Below, piece after piece: positions 40,901 through 54,012 of a stretch of DNA of 64,000 nt (position 1 is its first letter; each line of letters begins with the position of its first letter). The notes below the pieces were generated by a model, which saw nothing but the letters and a program-made list of their open reading frames with translations, did no database searches and was not told where the DNA came from. This stretch comes from Eledone cirrhosa. Its lineage: Eukaryota. The DNA lies in the NCBI GenBank assembly GCA_964016885.1, contig OZ024741.1, positions 236,406,001 to 236,470,000 of the forward strand. Direction: 5' to 3'. The position numbers and the translations under genes are program-made.

Positions 40901-43900
40901 GTGAATCTGTTGGCCAGTCTGACCAATGTCTATGGCTTCGCATAGTGTGCTCCAGAGCCCATAGACAAGGTGAATCTGTTGGCCAGTCTGACCAATGTCT
41001 ATGGCTTCGCATAGTGTGCTCCAGAGCCCATAGACAAGGTGAATCTGTTGGCTAGTCTGACCAATGTCTATGGCTTCGCATAGTGTGCTCCAGAGCCCAT
41101 AGACAAGGTGAATCTGTTGGCCAGTCTGACCAATGTCTATGGCTTCGCATAGTGTGCTCCAGAGCCCATAGACAAGGTGAATCTGTTGGCTAGTCTGACC
41201 AATGTCTATGGCTTCGCATAGTGTGCTCCAGAGCCCATAGACAAGGTGAATCTGTTGGCCAGTCTGACCAATGTCTATGGCTTCGCATAGTGTGCTCCAG
41301 AGCCCATAGACAAGGTGAATCTGTTGGCCAGTCTGACCAATGTCTATGGCTTCGCATAGTGTGCTCCAGAGCCCATAGACAAGGTGAATCTGTTGGCTAG
41401 TCTGACCAATGTCTATGGCTTCGCTTAGTGTGCTCCAGAGCCCATAGACAAGGTGAATCTGTTGGCCAGTCTGACCAATGTCTATGGCTTCGCATAGTGT
41501 GCTCCAGAGCCCATAGACAAGGTGAATCTGTTGGCCAGTCTGACCAATGTCTATGGCTTCGCATAGTGTGGAGCCCATAGACAAGGTGAATCTGTTGGCC
41601 AGTCTGACCAATGTATATGGCTTCGCATAGTGTGCTCCAGAGCCCATAGACAAGGTGAATCTGTTGGCTAGTCTGACCAATGTCTATGGCTTCGCTTAGT
41701 GTGCTCCAGAGCCCATAGACAAGGTGAATCTGTTGGCCAGTCTGACCAATGTCTATGGCTTCGCATAGTGTGCTCCAGAGCCCATAGACAAGGTGAATCT
41801 GTTGGCTAGTCTGACCAATGTATATGGCTTCGCTTAGTGTGCTCCAGAGCCCATAGACAAGGTGAATCTGTTGGCCAGTCTGACCAATGTCTATGGCTTC
41901 GCATAGTGTGCTCCAGAGCCCATAGACAAGGTGAATCTGTTGGCCAGTCTGACCAATGTCTATGGCTTCGCATAGTGTGCTCCAGAGCCCATAGACAAGG
42001 TGAATCTGTTGGCCAGTCTGACCAATGTCTATGGCTTCGCATAGTGTGCTCCAGAGCCCATAGACAAGGTGAATCTGTTGGCCAGTCTGACCAATGTCTA
42101 TGGCTTCGCATAGTGTGCTCCAGAGCCCATAGACAAGGTGAATCTGTTGGCCAGTCTGACCAATGTCTATGGCTTCGCATAGTGTGCTCCAGAGCCCATA
42201 GACAAGGTGAATCTGTTGGCCAGTCTGACCAATGTCTATGGCTTCGCATAGTGTGCTCCAGAGCCCATAGACAAGGTGAATCTGTTGGCCAGTCTGACCA
42301 ATGTCTATGGCTTCGCATAGTGTGCTCCAGAGCCCATAGACAAGGTGAATCTGTTGGCCAGTCTGACCAATGTCTATGGCTTCGCATAGTGTGCTCCAGA
42401 GCCCATAGACAAGGTGAATCTGTTGGCTAGTCTGACCAATGTCTATGGCTTCGCTTAGTGTGCTCCAGAGCCCATAGACAAGGTGAATCTGTTGGCCAGT
42501 CTGACCAATGTCTATGGCTTCGCATAGTGTGCTCCAGAGCCCATAGACAAGGTGAATCTGTTGGCCAGTCTGACCAATGTCTATGGCTTCGCATAGTGTG
42601 GAGCCCATAGACAAGGTGAATCTGTTGGCCAGTCTGACCAATGTATATGGCTTCGCTTAGTGTGCTCCAGAGCCCATAGACAAGGTGAATCTGTTGGCCA
42701 GTCTGACCAATGTCTATGGCTTCGCATAGTGTGCACCAGAGCCCATAGACAAGGTGAATCTGTTGGCCAGTCTGACCAATGTCTATGGCTTCGCATAGTG
42801 TGCTCCAGAGCCCATAGACAAGGTGAATCTGTTGGCCAGTCTGACCAATGTCTATGGCTTCGCATAGTGTGCTCCAGAGCCCATAGACAAGGTGAATCTG
42901 TTGGCCAGTCTGACCAATGTCTATGGCTTCGCATAGTGTGCTCCAGAGCCCATAGACAAGGTGAATCTGTTGGCCAGTCTGACCAATGTCTATGGCTTCG
43001 CATAGTGTGCTCCAGAGCCCATAGACAAGGTGAATCTGTTGGCTAGTCTGACCAATGTCTATGGCTTCGCATAGTGTGCTCCAGAGCCCATAGACAAGGT
43101 GAATCTGTTGGCCAGTCTGACCAATGTCTATGGCTTCGCATAGTGTGCTCCAGAGCCCATAGACAAGGTGAATCTGTTGGCTAGTCTGACCAATGTCTAT
43201 GGCTTCGCATAGTGTGCTCCAGAGCCCATAGACAAGGTGAATCTGTTGGCCAGTCTGACCAATGTCTATGGCTTCGCATAGTGTGCTCCAGAGCCCATAG
43301 ACAAGGTGAATCTGTTGGCCAGTCTGACCAATGTCTATGGCTTCGCATAGTGTGCTCCAGAGCCCATAGACAAGGTGAATCTGTTGGCTAGTCTGACCAA
43401 TGTCTATGGCTTCGCTTAGTGTGCTCCAGAGCCCATAGACAAGGTGAATCTGTTGGCCAGTCTGACCAATGTCTATGGCTTCGCATAGTGTGCTCCAGAG
43501 CCCATAGACAAGGTGAATCTGTTGGCCAGTCTGACCAATGTCTATGGCTTCGCATAGTGTGGAGCCCATAGACAAGGTGAATCTGTTGGCCAGTCTGACC
43601 AATGTATATGGCTTCGCATAGTGTGCTCCAGAGCCCATAGACAAGGTGAATCTGTTGGCTAGTCTGACCAATGTCTATGGCTTCGCTTAGTGTGCTCCAG
43701 AGCCCATAGACAAGGTGAATCTGTTGGCCAGTCTGACCAATGTCTATGGCTTCGCATAGTGTGCTCCAGAGCCCATAGACAAGGTGAATCTGTTGGCTAG
43801 TCTGACCAATGTATATGGCTTCGCTTAGTGTGCTCCAGAGCCCATAGACAAGGTGAATCTGTTGGCCAGTCTGACCAATGTCTATGGCTTCGCATAGTGT

Positions 43901-46900
43901 GCTCCAGAGCCCATAGACAAGGTGAATCTGTTGGCCAGTCTGACCAATGTCTATGGCTTCGCATAGTGTGCTCCAGAGCCCATAGACAAGGTGAATCTGT
44001 TGGCCAGTCTGACCAATGTCTATGGCTTCGCATAGTGTGCTCCAGAGCCCATAGACAAGGTGAATCTGTTGGCCAGTCTGACCAATGTCTATGGCTTCGC
44101 ATAGTGTGCTCCAGAGCCCATAGACAAGGTGAATCTGTTGGCCAGTCTGACCAATGTCTATGGCTTCGCATAGTGTGCTCCAGAGCCCATAGACAAGGTG
44201 AATCTGTTGGCCAGTCTGACCAATGTCTATGGCTTCGCATAGTGTGCTCCAGAGCCCATAGACAAGGTGAATCTGTTGGCCAGTCTGACCAATGTCTATG
44301 GCTTCGCATAGTGTGCTCCAGAGCCCATAGACAAGGTGAATCTGTTGGCCAGTCTGACCAATGTCTATGGCTTCGCATAGTGTGCTCCAGAGCCCATAGA
44401 CAAGGTGAATCTGTTGGCTAGTCTGACCAATGTCTATGGCTTCGCTTAGTGTGCTCCAGAGCCCATAGACAAGGTGAATCTGTTGGCCAGTCTGACCAAT
44501 GTCTATGGCTTCGCATAGTGTGCTCCAGAGCCCATAGACAAGGTGAATCTGTTGGCCAGTCTGACCAATGTCTATGGCTTCGCATAGTGTGGAGCCCATA
44601 GACAAGGTGAATCTGTTGGCCAGTCTGACCAATGTATATGGCTTCGCTTAGTGTGCTCCAGAGCCCATAGACAAGGTGAATCTGTTGGCCAGTCTGACCA
44701 ATGTATATGGCTTCGCATAGTGTGCTCCAGAGCCCATAGACAAGGTGAATCTGTTGGCTAGTCTGACCAATGTCTATGGCTTCGCTTAGTGTGCTCCAGA
44801 GCCCATAGACAAGGTGAATCTGTTGGCCAGTCTGACCAATGTCTATGGCTTCGCATAGTGTGCTCCAGAGCCCATAGACAAGGTGAATCTGTTGGCTAGT
44901 CTGACCAATGTATATGGCTTCGCATAGTGTGCTCCAGAGCCCATAGACAAGGTGAATCTGTTGGCTAGTCTGACCAATGTCTATGGCTTCGCATAGTGTT
45001 CTCCAGAGCCCATAGACAAGGTGAATCTGTTGGCCAGTCTGACCAATGTCTATGGCTTCGCATAGTGTGGAGCCCATAGACAAGGTGAATCTGTTGGCCA
45101 GTCTGACCAATGTCTATGGCTTCGCATAGTGTGCTCCAGAGCCCATAGACAAGGTGAATCTGTTGGCTAGTCTGACCAATGTATATGGCTTCGCATAGTG
45201 TGCTCCAGAGCCCATAGACAAGGTGAATCTGTTGGCCAGTCTGACCAATGTCTATGGCTTCGCATAGTGTTCTCCAGAGCCCATAGACAAGGTGAATCTG
45301 TTGGCCAGTCTGACCAATGTCTATGGCTTCGCATAGTGTGCTCCAGAGCCCATAGACAAGGTGAATCTGTTGGCCAGTCTGACCAATGTCTATGGCTTCG
45401 CATAGTGTGCTCCAGAGCCCATAGACAAGGTGAATCTGTTGGCTAGTCTGACCAATGTCTATGGCTTCGCATAGTGTTCTCCAGAGCCCATAGACAAGGT
45501 GAATCTGTTGGCCAGTCTGACCAATGTCTATGGCTTCGCATAGTGTGCTCCAGAGCCCATAGACAAGGTGAATCTGTTGGCCAGTCTGACCAATGTCTAT
45601 GGCTTCGCATAGTGTGCTCCAGAGCCCATAGACAAGGTGAATCTGTTGGCCAGTCTGACCAATGTATATGGCTTCGCATAGTGTGCTCCAGAGCCCATAG
45701 ACAAGGTGAATCTGTTGGCCAGTCTGACCAATGTATATGGCTTCGCATAGTGTGCTCCAGAGCCCATAGACAAGGTGAATCTGTTGGCCAGTCTGACCAA
45801 TGTATATGGCTTCGCATAGTGTGCGAGCCCATAGACAAGGTGAATCTGTTGGCCAGTCTGACCAATGTCTATGGCTTCGCATAGTGTGCTCCAGAGCCCA
45901 TAGACAAGGTGAATCTGTTGGCCAGTCTGACCAATGTCTATGGCTTCGCATAGTGTGCTCCAGAGCCCATAGACAAGGTGAATCTGTTGGCCAGTCTGAC
46001 CAATGTATATGGCTTCGCATAGTGTGCTCCAGAGCCCATAGACAAGGTGAATCTGTTGGCCAGTCTGACCAATGTATATGGCTTCGCATAGTGTGCTCCA
46101 GAGCCCATAGACAAGGTGAATCTGTTGGCCAGTCTGACCAATGTATATGGCTTCGCATAGTGTGGAGCCCATAGACAAGGTGAATCTGTTGGCCAGTCTG
46201 ACCAATGTCTATGGCTTCGCATAGTGTGCTCCAGAGCCCATAGACAAGGTGAATCTGTTGGCTAGTCTGACCAATGTCTATGGCTTCGCATAGTGTTCTC
46301 CAGAGCCCATAGACAAGGTGAATCTGTTGGCCAGTCTGACCAATGTATATGGCTTCGCATAGTGTGCTCCAGAGCCCATAGACAAGGTGAATCTGTTGGC
46401 CAGTCTGACCAATGTCTATGGCTTCGCATAGTGTTCTCCAGAGCCCATAGACAAGGTGAATCTGTTGGCCAGTCTGACCAATGTATATGGCTTCGCATAG
46501 TGTGCTCCAGAGCCCATAGACAAGGTGAATCTGTTGGCCAGTCTGACCAATGTCTATGGCTTCGCATAGTGTGCTCCAGAGCCCATAGACAAGGTGAATC
46601 TGTTGGCCAGTCTGACCAATGTCTATGGCTTCGCATAGTGTGCTCCAGAGCCCATAGACAAGGTGAATCTGTTGGCCAGTCTGACCAATGTATATGGCTT
46701 CGCATAGTGTGGAGCCCATAGACAAGGTGAATCTGTTGGCCAGTCTGACCAATGTCTATGGCTTCGCATAGTGTGCTCCAGAGCCCATAGACAAGGTGAA
46801 TCTGTTGGCCAGTCTGACCAATGTCTATGGCTTCGCATAGTGTGCTCCAGAGCCCATAGACAAGGTGAATCTGTTGGCCAGTCTGACCAATGTCTATGGC

Positions 46901-49900
46901 TTCGCATAGTGTGCTCCAGAGCCCATAGACAAGGTGAATCTGTTGGCCAGTCTGACCAATGTCTATGGCTTCGCATAGTGTGCTCCAGAGCCCATAGACA
47001 AGGTGAATCTGTTGGCCAGTCTGACCAATGTCTATGGCTTCGCATAGTGTGCTCCAGAGCCCATAGACAAGGTGAATCTGTTGGCTAGTCTGACCAATGT
47101 CTATGGCTTCGCATAGTGTTCTCCAGAGCCCATAGACAAGGTGAATCTGTTGGCTAGTCTGACCAATGTCTATGGCTTCGCATAGTGTGGAGCCCATAGA
47201 CAAGGTGAATCTGTTGGCCAGTCTGACCAATGTATATGGCTTCGCATAGTGTGCTCCAGAGCCCATAGACAAGGTGAATCTGTTGGCCAGTCTGACCAAT
47301 GTCTATGGCTTCGCATAGTGTGCTCCAGAGCCCATAGACAAGGTGAATCTGTTGGCCAGTCTGACCAATGTCTATGGCTTCGCATAGTGTTCTCCAGAGC
47401 CCATAGACAAGGTGAATCTGTTGGCCAGTCTGACCAATGTCTATGGCTTCGCATAGTGTGCTCCAGAGCCCATAGACAAGGTGAATCTGTTGGCCAGTCT
47501 GACCAATGTCTATGGCTTCGCATAGTGTGCTCCAGAGCCCATAGACAAGGTGAATCTGTTGGCCAGTCTGACCAATGTCTATGGCTTCGCATAGTGTGCT
47601 CCAGAGCCCATAGACAAGGTGAATCTGTTGGCCAGTCTGACCAATGTCTATGGCTTCGCATAGTGTGCTCCAGAGCCCATAGACAAGGTGAATCTGTTGG
47701 CCAGTCTGACCAATGTCTATGGCTTCGCATAGTGTGGAGCCCATAGACAAGGTGAATCTGTTGGCCAGTCTGACCAATGTCTATGGCTTCGCATAGTGTG
47801 CTCCAGAGCCCATAGACAAGGTGAATCTGTTGGCTAGTCTGACCAATGTCTATGGCTTCGCATAGTGTGCTCCAGAGCCCATAGACAAGGTGAATCTGTT
47901 GGCCAGTCTGACCAATGTCTATGGCTTCGCATAGTGTTCTCCAGAGCCCATAGACAAGGTGAATCTGTTGGCCAGTCTGACCAATGTCTATGGCTTCGCA
48001 TAGTGTGCTCCAGAGCCCATAGACAAGGTGAATCTGTTGGCCAGTCTGACCAATGTCTATGGCTTCGCATAGTGTGCTCCAGAGCCCATAGACAAGGTGA
48101 ATCTGTTGGCCAGTCTGACCAATGTCTATGGCTTCGCATAGTGTGCTCCAGAGCCCATAGACAAGGTGAATCTGTTGGCCAGTCTGACCAATGTATATGG
48201 CTTCGCATAGTGTGCTCCAGAGCCCATAGACAAGGTGAATCTGTTGGCCAGTCTGACCAATGTCTATGGCTTCGCATAGTGTGCTCCAGAGCCCATAGAG
48301 AAGGTGAATCTGTTGGCCAGTCTGACCAATGTCTATGGCTTCGCATAGTGTGCTCCAGAGCCCATAGACAAGGTGAATCTGTTGGCCAGTCTGACCAATG
48401 TCTATGGCTTCGCATAGTGTGCTCCAGAGCCCATAGACAAGGTGAATCTGTTGGCCAGTCTGACCAATGTCTATGGCTTCGCATAGTGTGCTCCAGAGCC
48501 CATAGACAAGGTGAATCTGTTGGCCAGTCTGACCAATGTCTATGGCTTCGCATAGTGTGCTCCAGAGCCCATAGACAAGGTGAATCTGTTGGCCAGTCTG
48601 ACCAATGTCTATGGCTTCGCATAGTGTGCTCCAGAGCCCATAGACAAGGTGAATCTGTTGGCCAGTCTGACCAATGTCTATGGCTTCGCATAGTGTGCTC
48701 CAGAGCCCATAGACAAGGTGAATCTGTTGGCCAGTCTGACCAATGTCTATGGCTTCGCATAGTGTGCTCCAGAGCCCATAGACAAGGTGAATCTGTTGGC
48801 CAGTCTGACCAATGTCTATGGCTTCGCATAGTGTGCTCCAGAGCCCATAGACAAGGTGAATCTGTTGGCCAGTCTGACCAATGTCTATGGCTTCGCATAG
48901 TGTGGAGCCCATAGACAAGGTGAATCTGTTGGCCAGTCTGACCAATGTCTATGGCTTCGCATAGTGTGCTCCAGAGCCCATAGACAAGGTGAATCTGTTG
49001 GCCAGTCTGACCAATGTCTATGGCTTCGCATAGTGTGCTCCAGAGCCCATAGACAAGGTGAATCTGTTGGCCAGTCTGACCAATGTCTATGGCTTCGCAT
49101 AGTGTGCTCCAGAGCCCATAGACAAGGTGAATCTGTTGGCCAGTCTGACCAATGTCTATGGCTTCGCATAGTGTGGAGCCCATAGACAAGGTGAATCTGT
49201 TGGCCAGTCTGACCAATGTCTATGGCTTCGCATAGTGTGCTCCAGAGCCCATAGACAAGGTGAATCTGTTGGCCAGTCTGACCAATGTCTATGGCTTCGC
49301 ATAGTGTGCTCCAGAGCCCATAGACAAGGTGAATCTGTTGGCTAGTCTGACCAATGTCTATGGCTTCGCATAGTGTGCTCCAGAGCCCATAGAGAAGGTG
49401 AATCTGTTGGCCAGTCTGACCAATGTCTATGGCTTCGCATAGTGTGCTCCAGAGCCCATAGACAAGGTGAATCTGTTGGCCAGTCTGACCAATGTCTATG
49501 GCTTCGCTTAGTGTGCTCCAGAGCCCATAGACAAGGTGAATCTGTTGGCTAGTCTGACCAATGTCTATGGCTTCGCATAGTGTGCTCCAGAGCCCATAGA
49601 CAAGGTGAATCTGTTGGCCAGTCTGACCAATGTCTATGGCTTTGCATAGTGTGCTCCAGAGCCCATAGACAAGGTGAATCTGTTGGCCAGTCTGACCAAT
49701 GTCTATGGCTTCGCATAGTGTGCTCCAGAGCCCATAGACAAGGTGAATCTGTTGGCCAGTCTGACCAATGTATATGGCTTTGCATAGTGTGCTCCAGAGC
49801 CCATAGACAAGGTGAATCTGTTGGCCAGTCTGACCAATGTCTATGGCTTCGCATAGTGTGCTCCAGAGCCCATAGACAAGGTGAATCTGTTGGCCAGTCT

Positions 49901-50296
49901 GACCAATGTCTATGGCTTTGCATAGTGTGCTCCAGAGCCCATAGACAAGGTGAATCTGTTGGCCAGTCTGACCAATGTCTATGGCTTCGCATAGTGTGCT
50001 CCAGAGCCCATAGACAAGGTGAATCTGTTGGCTAGTCTGACCAATGTCTATGGCTTTGCATAGTGTGCTCCAGAGCCCATAGACAAGGTGAATCTGTTGG
50101 CCAGTCTGACCAATGTCTATGGCTTCGCATAGTGTGCTCCAGAGCCCATAGACAAGGTGAATCTGTTGGCTAGTCTGACCAATGTCTATGGCTTCGCATA
50201 GTGTGCTCCAGAGCCCATAGACAAGGTGAATCTGTTGGCCAGTCTGACCAATGTCTATGGCTTCGCTTAGTGTGCTCCAGAGCCCATAGACAAGGT
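34949..50296. repeat. 69-bp tandem satellite, 224 copies, derived from a GIY-YIG endonuclease motif
   Basis: Unit gaatctgttggccagtctgaccaatgtctatggcttcgcatagtgtgctccagagcccatagacaaggt. By-eye count of 21 units with a 5-bp deletion and one with a 4-bp deletion gives 15348+109=15457=224x69+1. Confidence 0.97.
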
Positions 50297-50620
50297 TTTT
50301 GGAAGTGCAACTGAAAGAGTTCCTAACATGAAAGAAATGGCTGTCAGATCTGATGAGGGTGGTGGTGTGGGTGATAAAGCTGTATGTGTGGCATGTAGCA
50401 GGGATGGGATCTAGCAGAGAAGTTGGAAAGAGAGAGGGAACTGCAGATGAGAAGGTTCTTAATGCTGTGTTTGTGTTTAAAAGAGAGGAGAGCAGGGAGG
50501 GGGAGGATGGGCGGAGGAGGGATTCTGACCCAATACCCCATGGTCCAGTATGGCTAGAGATAGGAAGTGATGGAAGTCAACCAGGGAGAGGTTCCTCTAA
50601 CAGGAGTGAGAAAGTCCTGG
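50297..50620 (-). mobile_element. Penelope-like element (probably Neptune-type) relic: RT-EN linker and start of GIY-YIG domain
   Basis: Minus-strand translation with frameshifts: PLPALLSFKHKHSIKNLLICSSL ... TCHTYSFITHTTTLIRSDSHFFHVRNSFSCTSKNLVYG, running in frame into the first satellite unit. It resumes after the array at 34948-34910 (QDIQVNN). Confidence 0.85.
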
Positions 50621-51424
50621 ATTTGGATTTGGATTTGGATGTATGTTTAAATACCGAAGTTGCACTCAAAACAAAAACGAAATGCATGGGATGAATGGTC
50701 AGAAACACACACACACACACACACATACACACACACACACAAATATATATATATATATATTGGAAAATGTGTGAGATCCTTGGTACAGTTAGGTATATTT
50801 GAAAAAAAGGAAAAGAATGACTTCGCTTGTAGTGTTAAAAAATTTATGAGATCTCAGTTTGACAATCACCACAGACAGACGAATGCGAGAAAGTTCTCCA
50901 ACCCAAGTTAACCAGGAATCTCTAAAATTCTTCCCACCGAAGTTAACAAAGAACTTACTGGATCTACCATCTCATAATATTATAATATATTATTGTTTCT
51001 ACTTTTGGCACAAGGCCAGCAATAACCCAGTGCATTACTGGTACTTTATTTTATCGACCCCGTAAGGATGACAGGCAAAGTTAACCTCGGCGGGATTTGA
51101 ACTCAGAATGGCAAGGGCCATATATTATAACATTAAATCATAAATTTTTTAACACTACAAGTGAAGTCATTCTTTTCCTTTTTTTCAAATATATTTATAT
51201 ATATATACATATATATAAATATAAATATATATATATTTATTTAGGTTTGTTGGTTCACCACTGGATAGAACTGGTCATTCCGTATGATTAACCTCGATGT
51301 AATATTATGGAGAGCACTCAACGTAATGCAACTCACCCGTCTTCGTTTGTGTAGTTGGTGGTGCAAGTACGGAGTTAATTATTATAAAATAACAGGAGGC
51401 TGGACTGGTGTAATTCCTTAAAAG

Positions 51425-51505
51425 GTTTATTATACTATAATCATTTCAATGACCGGGTTCAGTATGAATCTGGTGACATCATCAGGTATTCGAAATATAA
51501 CAAAG
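51425..51505 (-). ncRNA. Type-I hammerhead-like motif (ATAC CTGATGA stemII GAAA T GATT ATA GTAT)
   Basis: Both core boxes intact, 4-bp stem I, hairpin stem II, minimal stem III. A diverged homologue lies at 33545-33670 (+). Confidence 0.45.
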
Positions 51506-51608
51506 GAATATAATAGACAAAATCCATGGGGCTGAAAATCAGAGACATGAGGGCGACCGAACATTTAGCAGCTTCTACCCCGGTCGGCCGCCCTCAAGTA
51601 TATGTGTG

Positions 51609-51644
<36 letters not shown>

Positions 51645-52850
51645 ATAGAGTTATAAAGCTGATGGACCAGGTCATGAAAGTATCAAAAAGAGTTATAGCA
51701 CAGTTGATTAGGGACCGGGTGAAACTAGATGAGATGCAATTTGGGTTTGTGCCAGGAAGAGGCACCACTGATGTTCTCTTCCTTGTGAGGTAGTTACAGG
51801 AAAAGTACTTAGCTAAAAGTAAGCCACTCTACCTGGCATTCGTCGATCTCGAGAAAGCCTTTGACAGAGTTCCCAGTGCTATAATCTGGTGGGCTCTTAG
51901 AAAACTAGGAGTAGATGAATGGCTTGTGAAAGCTGTACAAGCCATGTATAGGGAAGCAGTCAGCAAAGTTAGGATTAGCAATGAGTATAGCGAGGAATTT
52001 AGCGTATAGGTCGGTGTCCACCAGGGCTCTGTTCTTAGCCCTCTCCAGTTCATCATAGTCCTGCAGGCAATAACGGAGGAGTTTAAGACTGGATACCCAT
52101 GGGAACTCCTGTATGCAGATGATCTCGCTCTTATAGCTGAATCTATGGTAGAACTAGAGAAGAAATTCCAAACTTGGAAGCAGGGACTAGAAAGAAAGGG
52201 TCTCAAAGTCAACCTGACAAAGACTAAGTTCCTTGTGAGTAGATGAGAAAACAGAACCCAGAAATAGTAGACAGCTTCTGCTACCTAGGTGACCGAATTA
52301 GCAGCGGAGGTGGGTGTTCGGAAAGTACAATAACTAGGGTAAGAACGGGATGGAAGAAGTTTAGGGAACTACTACCACTGCTAGCTGCAAAAGTTTTTCC
52401 CTCAAAATGAAAGGCAGGCTGTATGATGCGTGTATCCGAACAGCAATGTTACATGGTAGTGAGACCTGGGCGCTGAAGGTGGAAGACTTACGTAGATTAG
52501 AAAGAAACGAAGCCTGCATGCTCCGATGGATGTGTAACAGTAATATACGCGAACGACAAAGCATAAATGAATTGAGAGAAAGACTGAGCATAAGAGGAAT
52601 CAAATGCTGTGTGCAGGAGAGGTGGTTGCGTTGGTATGGACATGTGATGCGTATGAAGGATGATAGCTGCATAAAAAGGTGCAGAGCACTAGAAGTTGAT
52701 GGAAACCGCGGAGTGGGGAGACCCAAGATGACCTGGGATGAGGTGATAAAAGCCGACCTTACCCAATTACACCTCTCAAAGGCGATGACACACAACTGTG
52801 ACCTCTGGTGTCACGCAGTAATACAGAAGACCCGACCTCCCGCAGGTACA
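51645..52850 (+). mobile_element. 5'-truncated RTE LINE (RT to 3' end) with internal deletion
   Basis: IKLMDQVMKV, QFGFVPGRGTT, FVDLEKAFDRVP, HQGSVLSP, YADDL, LRWYGHVMR, RGVGRPKMTW. In-frame stops. The Cys cluster is deleted near 52260. Confidence 0.92.
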
Positions 52851-53166
52851 AGCCAAAGCTGAAGCATATAGACAATATGCCCCCACACCCTCCCACTGCA
52901 AAGTGATTGTGGAGGTGCCACAACAAAAAAGCACCCAGCCCACACTGTAAAGTAGACGTATAGGTGCCACGGAAAAAAGCACCCAGCACTCACTGTAAAT
53001 GAGGTTGGTGTTAGGAAGGGCATCCAGCTGTAGAAATCAAGCCAGAATCAGTTCCCGTATGAGCAAGGCATGGTCAGCTGACCGGACACTGCCCACAACA
53101 GGACAACCCGTCTAACCCATGCTAGCATGGAAGAACGGACGTAAAATGGTGATGATGATGATGATG

Positions 53167-53168
<2 letters not shown>
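52851..53168 (+). mobile_element. SINE-like 3' module with (GAT)n tail fused to the RTE end
   Basis: aaaagcacccag repeats, gttaggaagggcatccagctgtagaaa, cggacgtaaaatggtgatgatg. Same junction at 57600-57972. Confidence 0.75.
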
Positions 53169-53197
<29 letters not shown>

Positions 53198-53459
53198 TTG
53201 TTTTGGTAAAAAACAGAAGTAAGCAGGAGAAAGCTCGCTACACTTGTAGTATAGAGTAATGATTTTTTGCCTGCAGCATATGACATAGGTGGATATTTCA
53301 TCTGAATATATCATTCCCATACCTATGCTACATCTTGGTTTGCTTAAGGGAACCATTGAAATAATTATGATGAATAAACGATTTATATAATCTCATCTTT
53401 TTTTATGTTATTCTTATATATATATATACATTATATATATATATATATATACATACACA

Positions 53460-53660
53460 AGTTCAGGGATTCTTTTCTAGACTGTCAGGCAAACTGTGAT
53501 ACTATATAGAAGTGAAACCTGGGCTTTGAGAGCAAAGGATTTGCCAAGATTGGAAAGAAATCAAGTAAACATCGATGGATGTGCACTAGTAGTGTACACA
53601 AATGTCAAAGCATTAATGTGCTGAGAGAAAAGCTGGGCATAATAAGCATTAGATACAGTG
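53460..53660 (+). mobile_element. Short decayed RTE fragment
   Basis: SETWALRAKDLPRLERNQ..WMC..SINVLREKLGI. Confidence 0.7.
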
Positions 53661-53829
53661 TAAAAGCCCAACACCTTAAAAGCAACATTTCCCTTAGAGT
53701 TAATATATTGCTGGGTCCATTGAAAATATTATCTAGTATACCAAATTACCTGAGAATGACCTAGCTTCTCGAATAATAAACTGATTATTTTTAAGGTGTT
53801 TTTATATATCTAAAAACCTTCCATTATAA

Positions 53830-54012
53830 TTTGGCAGTATCGGTAGAGGGTCCGACGCCATGCTTTCCAGCATAGTTACGTCCCTTTACGATCTGAGTTC
53901 AAATCCCACCGAGGTTGACTTTGCCTTTCATCCTTACGGGGTCGATAAAATAAAGTACCAGTAATGCACTGGGTAATTGCTGGCCTTGTGCCTAAAGTAG
54001 AAACAATTATAA
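53830..54012 (+). mobile_element. tRNA-derived SINE family 1
   Basis: Near-identical to 10218-10405. Confidence 0.8.

Noticed and set aside
34909-50035. Long repeat ORFs (up to 595 aa) as genuine protein-coding genes
   Set aside because: They result from a stop-free 69-bp unit. Frames switch at the 64-bp variants, there is no dedicated start context, and the nuclease catalytic residues are out of frame.
34949-50296. CRISPR array
   Set aside because: There are no unique spacers, since units are contiguous near-identical monomers. There are no cas genes and the context is eukaryotic.
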